Assembly: GCA_032128115.1 (NCBI GenBank)
Contig: JAQBHB010000093.1
Location: 64,001-128,000, forward strand
Direction: 5' to 3'
Length of the DNA stretch: 64,000 nucleotides
DNA from: Deltaproteobacteria bacterium
GTDB lineage: Bacteria > Myxococcota_A > UBA9160 > SMWR01
This document shows positions 46,766-55,653 of this stretch, piece after piece. The notes under the pieces are model-generated. The model had not been told where the DNA came from. It worked only from the letters and a program-made list of their open reading frames with translations, and made no database searches. A program made the translations under genes and the position numbers. The stretch's first letter is position 1; every line of letters starts with the position of its first letter.

Positions 46766-48283
46766 ATGGCGGTGTTTTGCGCGGGGCTCACGGGCTTCTG
46801 GGTGTTGCTGGCGGCTGCGGCGGCGACGGCCACCCCCAATGTGATCAGTCTTCGGCCGAAGGCCGAGGCCGGCGACCCGCTTGCGCAGTATCAGCTGGCC
46901 AGCCTCTACGTGCTGGGGGAGGGCGTGAGCCAGAACTACCCCTCGGCCGTGCTGTGGTACCGGCGGGCCGCAGAACAGGGCCATGCCCCATCCCAGTTCA
47001 ACCTGGCCATGCTGATCGAAAAGGGGCAGGGCGCGGAACGGAACCCGGACGTGGCCCTGGGCTGGTTCCGGAAGGCCGCCGACAACGGATTCGATCGGGC
47101 CCAGCACTTTCTTGGCGCCGCGCACTGGGAAGGTCGCGGTGTCGAGAAGGATCCCGCCCGGGCGATCGACTGGTACACCAGGGCGGCCGAACAGGGCTAC
47201 GCCGCGTCTCAGTTCAACCTGGGCGTGATCTACTCACAGGGCGAGGGCGTCCCGCGCGATCTGAACGCGGGGATCTCCTGGCTCCGCAAGTCGGCGGAGC
47301 AGGCTCACGCCGCCGCCCAGCACGCCCTGGGCGTCGCCTATCTGTCGGGGGAGGGAGTCGAACGCGACGTGCCCACGGGCCTGCGCTGGATCCGCAAGGC
47401 CGCCGACCAGGATCACTCCGCGGCCCAGTATTACCTGGCGGCAGCCTACGCACGCGGTGACGGGGTCGAGGTGAACGAGGCGGAAGCCATGCGCTGGGCG
47501 CGCAAGGCGGCGGATCAGGGCATGGCCGACGCCCAGTACCAGATGGGCGTTGCGTACCTGTCCGGCCGGGTCCTGCCGATGAACGCCTCGGATGCCGCGC
47601 GCTGGATGCGAAAGGCGGCCGAGCAGGGACACGCGGGCGCCCAGCTCCAGCTGGCGCGCGCGTACGGGACGGGTAGCGGCGTTGCCAAGAACGAGTCCGA
47701 GGCCTTGCGCTGGCTGATCCTGGCGGCCGAGCAGGACAACGCCGACGCGCAGTTCGAGGTGGGTGTGCGCTACGCCGGCGGGATCGGGACCGAAATCGAC
47801 GAAAAGGAGGCCTTCAAATGGTTCCGCAAGGCCGCCAGCTCCGAACATCCCGGCGCCAACTTCAACCTCGCGTTCATGTTCGAGGAGGGCAAGGGCACGC
47901 GAGTGGACAAGAAGCGCGCCCTCAAGCGCTACCGGAAGGCCGCCGAGCTGGGCCACGCCAAGGCTCAATTCAGGCTCGGGATGATCTACAGCGACGGGTT
48001 GACGCTGGACAAGGACCCCGCCCAGGCGGCGAGCTGGTTGGAGAAATCGGCGGAACAGGGCTTCCCCAACGCCCAATACCTGTTGGCCGGTTTCTATTCC
48101 CGGGGCGATGGCGTGGAGCCCGATCCCGCACAGGCCTACAAGTGGCTGAGCCTCGCCGCCGACGGGGAACTGGAAGGCCTCGCGGAGCAGCTGACCGCGT
48201 TCGAGCAGTCGCTGGCGACGGAAGACGTGAAGCGCGGGCAGGCCCTCGCCGCCCAGTGGCGGGCGGCGCATCCGAAGCCCTGA
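46766..48283 (+). CDS. Secreted Sel1-like repeat protein (12 repeats)
   Basis: Signal peptide followed by 12 tandem 36-aa Sel1 repeats (AQFNLG.Y..G.GV..D...A..W..KAAEQG). Confidence 0.93.
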   Translation: MAVFCAGLTGFWVLLAAAAATATPNVISLRPKAEAGDPLAQYQLASLYVLGEGVSQNYPSAVLWYRRAAEQGHAPSQFNLAMLIEKGQGAERNPDVALGWFRKAADNGFDRAQHFLGAAHWEGRGVEKDPARAIDWYTRAAEQGYAASQFNLGVIYSQGEGVPRDLNAGISWLRKSAEQAHAAAQHALGVAYLSGEGVERDVPTGLRWIRKAADQDHSAAQYYLAAAYARGDGVEVNEAEAMRWARKAADQGMADAQYQMGVAYLSGRVLPMNASDAARWMRKAAEQGHAGAQLQLARAYGTGSGVAKNESEALRWLILAAEQDNADAQFEVGVRYAGGIGTEIDEKEAFKWFRKAASSEHPGANFNLAFMFEEGKGTRVDKKRALKRYRKAAELGHAKAQFRLGMIYSDGLTLDKDPAQAASWLEKSAEQGFPNAQYLLAGFYSRGDGVEPDPAQAYKWLSLAADGELEGLAEQLTAFEQSLATEDVKRGQALAAQWRAAHPKP

Positions 48284-48298
48284 GAAGGCCGCGGCCAG

Positions 48299-49390
48299 TC
48301 ACCCCGTCGCAGCGCGAATCGCGTCGAGCGACTCGAGAAACAACTCCACCCGTCGAAGCTGGGCCCGACAGCGCTCCAGGTTGTGGCCCTCCCGGTGGAT
48401 TCGGAAGTACACGTCTCCCGCCAGGTGATCGCTGAGGAATCGCACCGCGTTCTCGAGTGCCAGGGCCGGGCCGGCGGCGGGCAGCGCGTCGATCTCGTGG
48501 TCGCTGAGGAGCGCCGCCGCGCCCTCGCGGTAGCCCCGGGCCAGGGCCCTGAGCAGGTCCAGGTCCACGTGCATGCGCGAGCGCTCGGTCTCGTCTTCCC
48601 GAAAGGGACATGCGCCGGTGCGAACCAGCTCGCCGAAGTCGCACAGCACCGTGCCGTCCATCACCGTGTCCAGGTCGATCACGCATAGGGCCTCGCCGGT
48701 GCCCGCATCCAGGAGCACGTTGTTGATCTTGCAATCGTTGTGCAGCGTGCGACGGGGCAGGCGATCGGCTCCCACCTCCGTCAGGAGTCGGCTCACGCGA
48801 CCGCGCAGGGCCTCGCAGGATTCGATCTCCCGGGAAGCGGCTCGTGCGCGACCGCGGATGTCTTCGGCCACGGCGGAGGCCAGGGCCTCCACCCGTTTCG
48901 CAAGGTCGTGAAAGTGCGGAATCGTCGTCGCCAGGGCGGGCGGGGGGAGATCCGACAGGTCGGCGGCGAACACTCCGAAGGCGTGCGCCACCCGGTGGGC
49001 CTGGTCGGGGCTCTGGATGGCGTCGAGGCTTTGCGTTCCCTCGATGTAGAGGAAGCTGCGCCAGCTGTCGCCCTCGGGTCCGGTGAACGACGGGTGTCCT
49101 TCACGGGTCGGGATCAGACGAAGGCAGCGGCGCTCCGCGTCCGCGATGTTTCGAGTCGCCAGCTTCCCACGCAGGTGATCCGTGACGCGCGTGAGATTGC
49201 GCATGAGGGCACGGGGATCGCGGAAGACCCGGGTGTTGATGCGCTGGTGGACGTAGCGGACCGCGGAGCCGTCGTGATCGTACGTGGCGACCCAGGTTTC
49301 GTGGATGTGCCCACTCCCCAGCCGCAGGCCCCCGCGCAAGTCGCCCGGGATTTCGAAGGCCCCGGCAATCGCCTGGAGCGTGTCACTCAT
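48299..49390 (-). CDS. Aminoglycoside-phosphotransferase-family kinase (N-acetylhexosamine kinase-like)
   Basis: GSGHIHET, QRINTRVF, TIPHFHD, HNDCKINNV, IDLDTVM and RFLSDHLAGDVYF. Confidence 0.85.
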   Translation of the reverse strand: MSDTLQAIAGAFEIPGDLRGGLRLGSGHIHETWVATYDHDGSAVRYVHQRINTRVFRDPRALMRNLTRVTDHLRGKLATRNIADAERRCLRLIPTREGHPSFTGPEGDSWRSFLYIEGTQSLDAIQSPDQAHRVAHAFGVFAADLSDLPPPALATTIPHFHDLAKRVEALASAVAEDIRGRARAASREIESCEALRGRVSRLLTEVGADRLPRRTLHNDCKINNVLLDAGTGEALCVIDLDTVMDGTVLCDFGELVRTGACPFREDETERSRMHVDLDLLRALARGYREGAAALLSDHEIDALPAAGPALALENAVRFLSDHLAGDVYFRIHREGHNLERCRAQLRRVELFLESLDAIRAATG

Positions 49391-51870
49391 GATCGGGGGC
49401 GGGTCAGCAGCACCATCAGCGCTGGAGCCACCAGCACGTCCGCGAGGAACGCCACCATTGTGGCGAAAGCCGCCAGCATTCCGAACTCCACGGCGGCCTT
49501 CATGTACGCCAGGGTGAACACGCAGAATCCAGCGGTCAGGACCAACGATGTGTAGAGCATGGCCGTCCCTGTCGTGGCCAGGGTTTCCCGAACGGCGGCG
49601 CGGGAATCTCCCGTTTCTTCCAGATAGCGGTTGAACTTGTGCATGAAATGGATGGTGTCGTCCACGGCCAGTCCCAGGATCACGCCTCCCACCAGGAGTG
49701 TCGAGCCGTCCAGGGGAATGTCGAGGGAGCCCATGAAGGCCAGCACCAGGTAGATCGGAATCAGGTTCGGGATCATGGCGGCGAGGCCGCGCTTCAGGTT
49801 TCCGACGAGCAGCACCAGCATGGGCGTGATGATGGCCAGCGCGATCAGGTACGAGCGCGCCATGGAGATGATCACCGCGCGAAACGTGCGGGAGAAGATC
49901 TCGGATAGACCGGTCAGCTGGATCGTGACCCCATCGCCCATGATGTGCTGCAACCCGGACTGCAGCTCGTCGAGATAGGGCGGATACACCATGGCGTCGA
50001 CCCAGGGCAGGCGAACGGTCAGGCGCGCCAGCTGGAAGCGGCTATCGGTGACCTCCTCCAGATCGTCGGAGCCGCTGTTCTCGAACAGCAGAAGCTCCTG
50101 GGCGATCAGCTCGCGATCCTCGGGCACCGCGTAGAAGGCGGGCCGGTTCTCGTTCAGGGCCTGGTGCGTTTCCCTGATCACGTCCACGATCGAAACCACC
50201 TTGGCCACGATGATGGGTGGGCGTTGGAGGGCGAGGGTATACGCCATGGCCTCTTCCAGCTTCTTCAGGGTCTCCGGGTCGTGGAGGCCATTGACGTGTC
50301 CGGTGTCCAGCACGATTTCCAGGGTCGAGATACCGTGCAGCTCGCGATCGATGGTGTCCGAGGCCACCCGGATCGGCTCATCGGACGGAAACCAGCGCAG
50401 GGCGTCGTGGGAGAAATGCACCTGGGAGAAGCCGATTCCTGCGAAGACGAGAATCCCGACGGTCACGCCCAGGACGCCCCAGGGATGATCCGTGGAGATC
50501 TCGGCCATCCTCGACAGGAAGCGCTGGGAGAAGCTCGACGCGGACTGGGAACGGGAGAGGGCGCGCGGCCGAATGGGAAGGATCGCCAGCAGCGCGGGCA
50601 TCAGGGTCACCGTATAGGCGAACGCCAGCATGATGCCGATGGGCGCCACGATGCCCAGATGCGAAATGGGCGCCAGTTCGGCGGCGCTGAAGGAGAGCAG
50701 GCCGCCTGCGGTCGTGAGGCTCGTCATCGCAATGGCCAGGCCCGAGTGAGCGAGTGCGTCGGCGATCGCGTCGTGCCGGGATCTGCCGGCCGCCATCTGC
50801 CGGTAGAAGATCACCAGGATGTGGACCGCGTCGCAGACGCCCACCACCAACAGGAAGGCGGGCAGGATCTGGACCGGCACCGAGAGGGGGATTCCGAGCC
50901 TCGCCATGATGCCAAGGGTCGCGAGCAGGGCGAGCACCACGACGATCGTGGGAAGTAGCACCCCGGAGAACCGGCGGAAGAGCAGGAACAGGAACAACAC
51001 GATGACCCCGAGCGCCGCGCTCATGGTGAGCTGCACGTCGCGCTGCATGCGCTCGTTCAGGGTGATGTTCATGACCGGTCCGCCGGCCATGTAGATCGGG
51101 AATTCCTCGGACTGATGGCGCGCCACCACGGCGCGCAGTCCGTGCACCAGGTCGCGGCTCTCCTGTTCCGACAAGAAGGCCGCCGCCGCGCCCTCGTCGT
51201 CTTCGAATCCCCCGAGATCATCGGTGCCGTCGGGGGCCAGGGTCGAGTACGTGAATGGCTTGACCGTGACCGTCGTGAAGGTGCCGTCGTCGGAGATCAG
51301 AAAGCCGCGATACAGGGGATTGGCCAGGACCCTGCGTTCCAGCTCGGCGATGGCCCGGGCGTCCCCGGGCCACACCGCCATCAGGTCCGCAACGATCAGC
51401 CGGTCGCCCTCGCCGCGGGTCGAGCGTGCGTTGAGCAGACTGGTGACTTCTTCCACGTAGGGAACGTCGCGTTCGAGTTCCTCGTGGAGCGCGCGCAGTC
51501 TCGTAAGGAACTCCGCGTCGAAGACCCGGGGAGGGTCGATCCCCAGGACCACGCGATCGTCGCGGCCGAAGCGCTCCCGAAACTCGTTGTATGCGATCAG
51601 GGAGGGGTCGCCGGGGTGGAGGAAGCTCTCGGTGGAATTGTCCACCTGCATCCCGGGAAGCCAGGAGATGCAAAGGGCACTCGCCGCCGCGGTCAGGAGC
51701 AGGACGAGCCAACGGAAGCGGATCACGAAGCGTCCCCAGGCCGCGAAGCTCGCCTCGATGCGGGCGCTTGGAGCCTGCGGCCCAGGCGGGGCCGGGCGCG
51801 TACGGGGTGTGGCGTCCAGCGCCAGCGCGGGATCCTCCTCACCCAGAGCGGGATCCTCCTCACCGGGCAG
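49387..51870 (-). CDS. MMPL/RND-family exporter
   Basis: Two RND halves (GVCDAVH...TSLTTAGG and GLAVDDTIH...TSLVLTAGF). Start uncertain, near 51870. Confidence 0.88.
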   Translation of the reverse strand: MPGEEDPALGEEDPALALDATPRTRPAPPGPQAPSARIEASFAAWGRFVIRFRWLVLLLTAAASALCISWLPGMQVDNSTESFLHPGDPSLIAYNEFRERFGRDDRVVLGIDPPRVFDAEFLTRLRALHEELERDVPYVEEVTSLLNARSTRGEGDRLIVADLMAVWPGDARAIAELERRVLANPLYRGFLISDDGTFTTVTVKPFTYSTLAPDGTDDLGGFEDDEGAAAAFLSEQESRDLVHGLRAVVARHQSEEFPIYMAGGPVMNITLNERMQRDVQLTMSAALGVIVLFLFLLFRRFSGVLLPTIVVVLALLATLGIMARLGIPLSVPVQILPAFLLVVGVCDAVHILVIFYRQMAAGRSRHDAIADALAHSGLAIAMTSLTTAGGLLSFSAAELAPISHLGIVAPIGIMLAFAYTVTLMPALLAILPIRPRALSRSQSASSFSQRFLSRMAEISTDHPWGVLGVTVGILVFAGIGFSQVHFSHDALRWFPSDEPIRVASDTIDRELHGISTLEIVLDTGHVNGLHDPETLKKLEEAMAYTLALQRPPIIVAKVVSIVDVIRETHQALNENRPAFYAVPEDRELIAQELLLFENSGSDDLEEVTDSRFQLARLTVRLPWVDAMVYPPYLDELQSGLQHIMGDGVTIQLTGLSEIFSRTFRAVIISMARSYLIALAIITPMLVLLVGNLKRGLAAMIPNLIPIYLVLAFMGSLDIPLDGSTLLVGGVILGLAVDDTIHFMHKFNRYLEETGDSRAAVRETLATTGTAMLYTSLVLTAGFCVFTLAYMKAAVEFGMLAAFATMVAFLADVLVAPALMVLLTRPRS
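51822..51863. repeat. 21-bp x2 tandem repeat (GEEDPAL x2) near the MMPL start
   Basis: CCAG(C/A)GCGGGATCCTCCTCAC at 51822 and 51843. Confidence 0.85.
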
Positions 51871-51964
51871 GCGCCGGGTGGAATGTAGACTCGAAGATCG
51901 CCAGACGCTACGAGCGCGTGGGGCGACCTGACAGGCCCGGCACCGTCGCGTACCGTGCGAGCCG

Positions 51965-53296
51965 ATGGTGCGAACGGCGCGCTGGCTCCCCATGGTTCTC
52001 GCGTTCGGCGCCACTGCCGCTGCTGCTGCCACTGCCGCCGCCGAGCCGCGAGCCCAGGTCCAGGTGGAATTCCCCGGAGACGGGATCGTGGTGGGGCAGT
52101 CGACCTGTGGTGTCTTCGTGGCTGGGCGCGCCGTGGCGCGCGGGCAGGATTTTCGCCGCTTCGACATCGCGGTGGTGATCGACATTTCCGAATCCACGCG
52201 CGGCCCGAGCGGGGCGGATATCGATGGCGACGGTCGTGTGGGGGCGCCGGAAGAGAAGCGCGTGGGGCAGGGGTACACCCAGGTCGTGAGCTCCGATCCC
52301 GGAGATTCGATCCTGGCCGCGGAGGTGGCAGCAGCGCGTCGGCTCCTGGGCCAGGTGGATCAGCGCCTCACGCGGGTGGCGGTGATCACGTTTTCCGGCT
52401 TCCCGCCCGACATGGTGCCCATCGGGTCGGTGCATGGCAGGAACTCGGTCACCCGGGTGCCACTCACCTCCGACTATGTCCGCGTCGAGCGGGCGCTGGA
52501 TCGCATCCTCGCCGAAGGTCCCGCCGGCGGAACCCACATGGCGGCCGGAATCGAGCGTGCCACCGGGGAGCTGCTGGGTTCGGGAGGCTTCGATTCGCCT
52601 CCGGACCCGGACGCGCGCAAGATCGTGCTGTTCTTTACCGACGGCCAGCCGACCCTGCCGCACATGAACGACCCCGCAGCCAACGTACGTGCCGTGCTCG
52701 AGGCGGCGGCGCGAGCTCGCCTGGCAACGATCCGCATCTACTCGTTCGCGCTGGGGCCCCAGGCGCTCGATGGACCCATCGCGTCGGTCGACATGGCGAC
52801 TCTCACCGGGGGCACGTTCATTCCGGTTCGCCACGCGGGCGACGTCGTGGAGTTGGTGGGGGCGGTCGAGTTCACCGACCTCAGCAACGTGTCGCTTCGA
52901 AACCTGACCACCGGCAAGCAGGCCGAACCGTTTCACGCTACCGCCGATGGGGGCTGGGGGGGGCTGGTTCGCATGGCGCCCGGTCGCAACCGCCTGGAGG
53001 TGGTGGCGAGTTCGGACACCGCTGGGGAGGCGCGGCGCACCCTGGAGCTGCGCTTCGACGAGAAGGCAGACGCCCCGGAGATCCCCCGAGAATTCAGCTT
53101 CCAATACAACAGGCTGCTCGAGGAATGTCTCCGCGACCTGCGCCAGCGCCGCCAGGGCATCGAGGCGCGCCAGGTGCAACAGCTGCGCAAGGAGCTGGCC
53201 CTGGAGATCGAACGCGAGCGGACCCGGGCCACCCGGCGGGCCGCGGAGCAGCGCCGCGAGCTGCAGATCGAGCTGGACCAGATCGGACTCGACTGA
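51965..53296 (+). CDS. Secreted von Willebrand factor A domain protein
   Basis: Signal peptide, MIDAS DISES, GGTHM, FTDG, a DIDGDG loop and a C-terminal coiled coil. Confidence 0.88.
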   Translation: MVRTARWLPMVLAFGATAAAAATAAAEPRAQVQVEFPGDGIVVGQSTCGVFVAGRAVARGQDFRRFDIAVVIDISESTRGPSGADIDGDGRVGAPEEKRVGQGYTQVVSSDPGDSILAAEVAAARRLLGQVDQRLTRVAVITFSGFPPDMVPIGSVHGRNSVTRVPLTSDYVRVERALDRILAEGPAGGTHMAAGIERATGELLGSGGFDSPPDPDARKIVLFFTDGQPTLPHMNDPAANVRAVLEAAARARLATIRIYSFALGPQALDGPIASVDMATLTGGTFIPVRHAGDVVELVGAVEFTDLSNVSLRNLTTGKQAEPFHATADGGWGGLVRMAPGRNRLEVVASSDTAGEARRTLELRFDEKADAPEIPREFSFQYNRLLEECLRDLRQRRQGIEARQVQQLRKELALEIERERTRATRRAAEQRRELQIELDQIGLD

Positions 53297-53376
53297 ACGC
53301 GCGGCAGCGGGCTGGACAGCCGTCGCCGACGTGCGAGTCTGGGTACCTGGCTGCGTGCCTCGCGAAGGAAGCACCC

Positions 53377-55548
53377 TTGAAGGCCCCCCGGACCGTGTTC
53401 CTGCTCGCCGTGATTGCGACCCTCGCGGTTGCGTCTCTGGCCGGAGCCAGCCTGGTAGCCATGGCCGAGCGCGGGAATCCGGAAGCCCAGTACCTGGTGG
53501 GGATCGCCTATCGGGACGGGAAGGGCGTGGAGCGGAGCCCCAAGGAAGCCATGAAGATGTTGCGGTTCGCCTCGGCGCAGGGACACCTGGAGGCCCGGTA
53601 CGCCATGGCCGTCATGCTTCGCGATGGTGCCGGGGTGGCTCCCCGGGAGAGCCGGGCCGCCTCGCTGTTCGCGGAAGCAGCCAAGGAAGGGCATGCGGCC
53701 TCGCAGCTGGCTTTGGGCGAGATGCTGATGACGGGGCGCGGGACCGCGCAGGATGACGCGCTGGCGGTCCAGTGGCTGGATCGAGCCGCCAAGCAGAACG
53801 TTGCCGCGGCCCAGGGGCTCCTGGGCGAGTTGGCCTACGGCGGCCGGGGCATGGACAAGAATCCGGCGCAGGCCTACTACCTGTTGTCTCTGGCAGGTGA
53901 CGCGGTGAGCCCCCGCGGCGCCACGACCCGCGACGAACTCGGCAAGAAGCTGAACCGCAAGAAGAAGGCCGAGGTCCACGGCATGATCCGGAGCTTCCGC
54001 GCCGAGAATCCGCCCATGGCCCCGCGTGCGAGTCCGCTGGCCGCCATCCCGCTGCTGGATGCGGCTCCCGAGCCGGTCGCTGCGACCCCGGAAATCGTCC
54101 CGATCATGTTGTCGGCCGAGCAGGAAGCGCGCCTCGTGGAGGCGGAGGGCCTGGTCGCCGCGGAATCCGGCGCTGGTGCTGCGGCCGCGACCCGGGCCGT
54201 GGCCCTGACGGATGCGATCCGGGTCGTCGACCCCGGTAACCTGCGCGCCGAGTGGGTCCGCGGGCGGGCATTTTTGGCATTGGGGCGCGACGCGGAGGCG
54301 CGCGTTGCTCTTCAAGCAATCCTTGCGCGCGAGCCTGGCTCGGCCGACGCCCACTTGCTGCTTGGCCTTGCCGAACTGCGGCTCGGCAACAGCGACGCGG
54401 CTCGCCGCGAGCTGACGCGAGTCCTGCAAGTCGACCCGGCGCGCATCGAGGCCAGACGCGCCCTGGCTCGGGTCCATGCGATGGCCGGCGACCCCGAATC
54501 GACGGTGACCCAGGCGCGGCTCGCCCTGGAGCTGGATTCCAACGATCTGGAGACCCGGATGCTGCTGGTAGAGAGCCTGATGGCCCTGGGTCGCGCCCAC
54601 GACGCCCTGAGAATGCTTCGGGCGATTCCCGAAGAAGAGCGCGACGCCGAGGTGGTTGCGGACATGGGGCTCATCCAGCTCGAGCTCGGTCAGCGCGCCG
54701 AGGCCCGTCGCGACCTGACCCGCGCCGAGGCGAGCCGACCCGGCGACCCGGACACACTGGCCGGACTCCTGGTCCTGGACGCTGCCGAAGGTCGCACCGA
54801 AGAGTCCATTCGCCGCATCGACGCCGCGCTATTGGTCCGGCCGGGCGACGCGGCGCTGCACCGGGTGCGGGCCCTGGCGGCCGCTGCGGCGGGACGGGAT
54901 GCCGAGGCTGCGGAGCACTTCCAGCAGGCACTGGCCCTGGACCCGTCCGACGGGCGGAGCGCCATGGAGCTGGCCGGACTCCAGGCTCGGAACGGACGTC
55001 CGCTGGAGGCTCTGGGCACCTACGAGCGGGCGCTCGCGGCATCGCCCTCCGATGCCGATCTCCACGCGGCGCGCGCGTCCCTGCTCCTCGCCCAGGGCGA
55101 TCGCGAGGCCGCGATCGAGAGCTACGAGGCGGCCATCGGCAGCAGTGCGACCCACGCCGCAGCGCGAAACGAGCTCGCGTATCTGCTGGCCGACGATCGC
55201 AAGCGCCTGGACCGGGCTCTGGAACTCGCCGAGGAGGCGCGAAGCCTGATGCCGGGAAGTCCCGAGCCGGCGGCGACGCTGGGCAAGATCTACTTCGAAC
55301 GCGACGACGTCCAGGCCGCCATCCGTTATCTGCGCCAGGCCGAAGCGGGACTCGACCCCCGCGACCCACGGCTTGGCGAGGTCCGCTATCTCCTGGGTGC
55401 CTCGTACGTGGCCGACGGAGACCTGCGCCAGGGTCGCGAGGCCCTGGTGCGGGCTCTGGAGAGCGCGCCCCCGTCCGGCGCCCAGGTGCACCCGGCCTGG
55501 GTCGCTGAGGCTCGCGAAGCCCTGACACGCATCGGCAACTCTCGCTAG
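53377..55548 (+). CDS. Secreted Sel1 + TPR repeat protein
   Basis: TTG at 53377 after AAGGAAG; signal peptide, four Sel1 repeats, a linker and many TPRs (NELAYLLA...ALELAEEA). Confidence 0.82.
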   Translation: MKAPRTVFLLAVIATLAVASLAGASLVAMAERGNPEAQYLVGIAYRDGKGVERSPKEAMKMLRFASAQGHLEARYAMAVMLRDGAGVAPRESRAASLFAEAAKEGHAASQLALGEMLMTGRGTAQDDALAVQWLDRAAKQNVAAAQGLLGELAYGGRGMDKNPAQAYYLLSLAGDAVSPRGATTRDELGKKLNRKKKAEVHGMIRSFRAENPPMAPRASPLAAIPLLDAAPEPVAATPEIVPIMLSAEQEARLVEAEGLVAAESGAGAAAATRAVALTDAIRVVDPGNLRAEWVRGRAFLALGRDAEARVALQAILAREPGSADAHLLLGLAELRLGNSDAARRELTRVLQVDPARIEARRALARVHAMAGDPESTVTQARLALELDSNDLETRMLLVESLMALGRAHDALRMLRAIPEEERDAEVVADMGLIQLELGQRAEARRDLTRAEASRPGDPDTLAGLLVLDAAEGRTEESIRRIDAALLVRPGDAALHRVRALAAAAAGRDAEAAEHFQQALALDPSDGRSAMELAGLQARNGRPLEALGTYERALAASPSDADLHAARASLLLAQGDREAAIESYEAAIGSSATHAAARNELAYLLADDRKRLDRALELAEEARSLMPGSPEPAATLGKIYFERDDVQAAIRYLRQAEAGLDPRDPRLGEVRYLLGASYVADGDLRQGREALVRALESAPPSGAQVHPAWVAEAREALTRIGNSR

Positions 55549-55653
55549 ATCCCTCCCGGCGTGCTCAAGTAGGGGTGCCTCCGCCGCCGACAAGCCAGGC
55601 GAGGGGGTGCATTTCGCGCGGGCCCGGGCGGGCTTGCGCGATCGATCCGAAAC

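Noticed and set aside
51955..53376. Apparent 1197-aa giant TPR protein
   Set aside because: The first ~470 codons overlap the vWA gene out of frame; a signal peptide and RBS support a start at 53377.
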